A stretch of DNA of 64,000 nucleotides from Octopus bimaculoides (Eukaryota): NCBI RefSeq assembly GCF_001194135.2, contig NC_068995.1, positions 44,098,669 through 44,162,668 of the forward strand, in the 5' to 3' direction. The position numbers and the translations under genes were made by a program. Positions 63,960-64,000 of this stretch are shown here, piece by piece; the first letter of the stretch is position 1, and each line of letters begins with the position of its first letter. The notes beneath the pieces were generated by a model. The model worked only from the letters and a program-made list of their open reading frames with translations. It did not search any database and was not told the DNA's origin.

Positions 63960-64000
63960 CATACATACATACATACATATATATATATATTTATATATAT

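Overview
AT-rich, repeat-dense eukaryotic DNA from a fragmented assembly (22 N-gaps, roughly 9 kb, most flanked by microsatellites). The repeat repertoire resembles what I recall from Octopus, but I could not verify this by search. No host gene can be called confidently; the best candidate is one Asn-rich ORF at 61858-62220 (-). Most ORFs in the track are artefacts of microsatellites or gaps. Recognisable content: many tRNA-derived SINEs (at least 4 families), decayed mariner, Tc1 (DD36E), Tigger/pogo and hAT DNA transposons or MITEs, a Helentron-type non-autonomous element, and fragments of RTE, R4/Dong-type and Penelope-like retroelements. The most notable signal is absent from the ORF track: about 10 type I hammerhead-ribozyme-like motifs from several short repeat families. 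Three have all conserved core nucleotides intact (565-622 +, 32153-32204 -, 43352-43397 -). One multi-copy family consistently carries U instead of the conserved A6 (CUGUNGA). Three long fold-back elements contain hammerhead-type CTGATG cores. This is consistent with a Penelope-derived, retrozyme-like population of small self-cleaving mobile RNAs, which is inference and needs cleavage assays.
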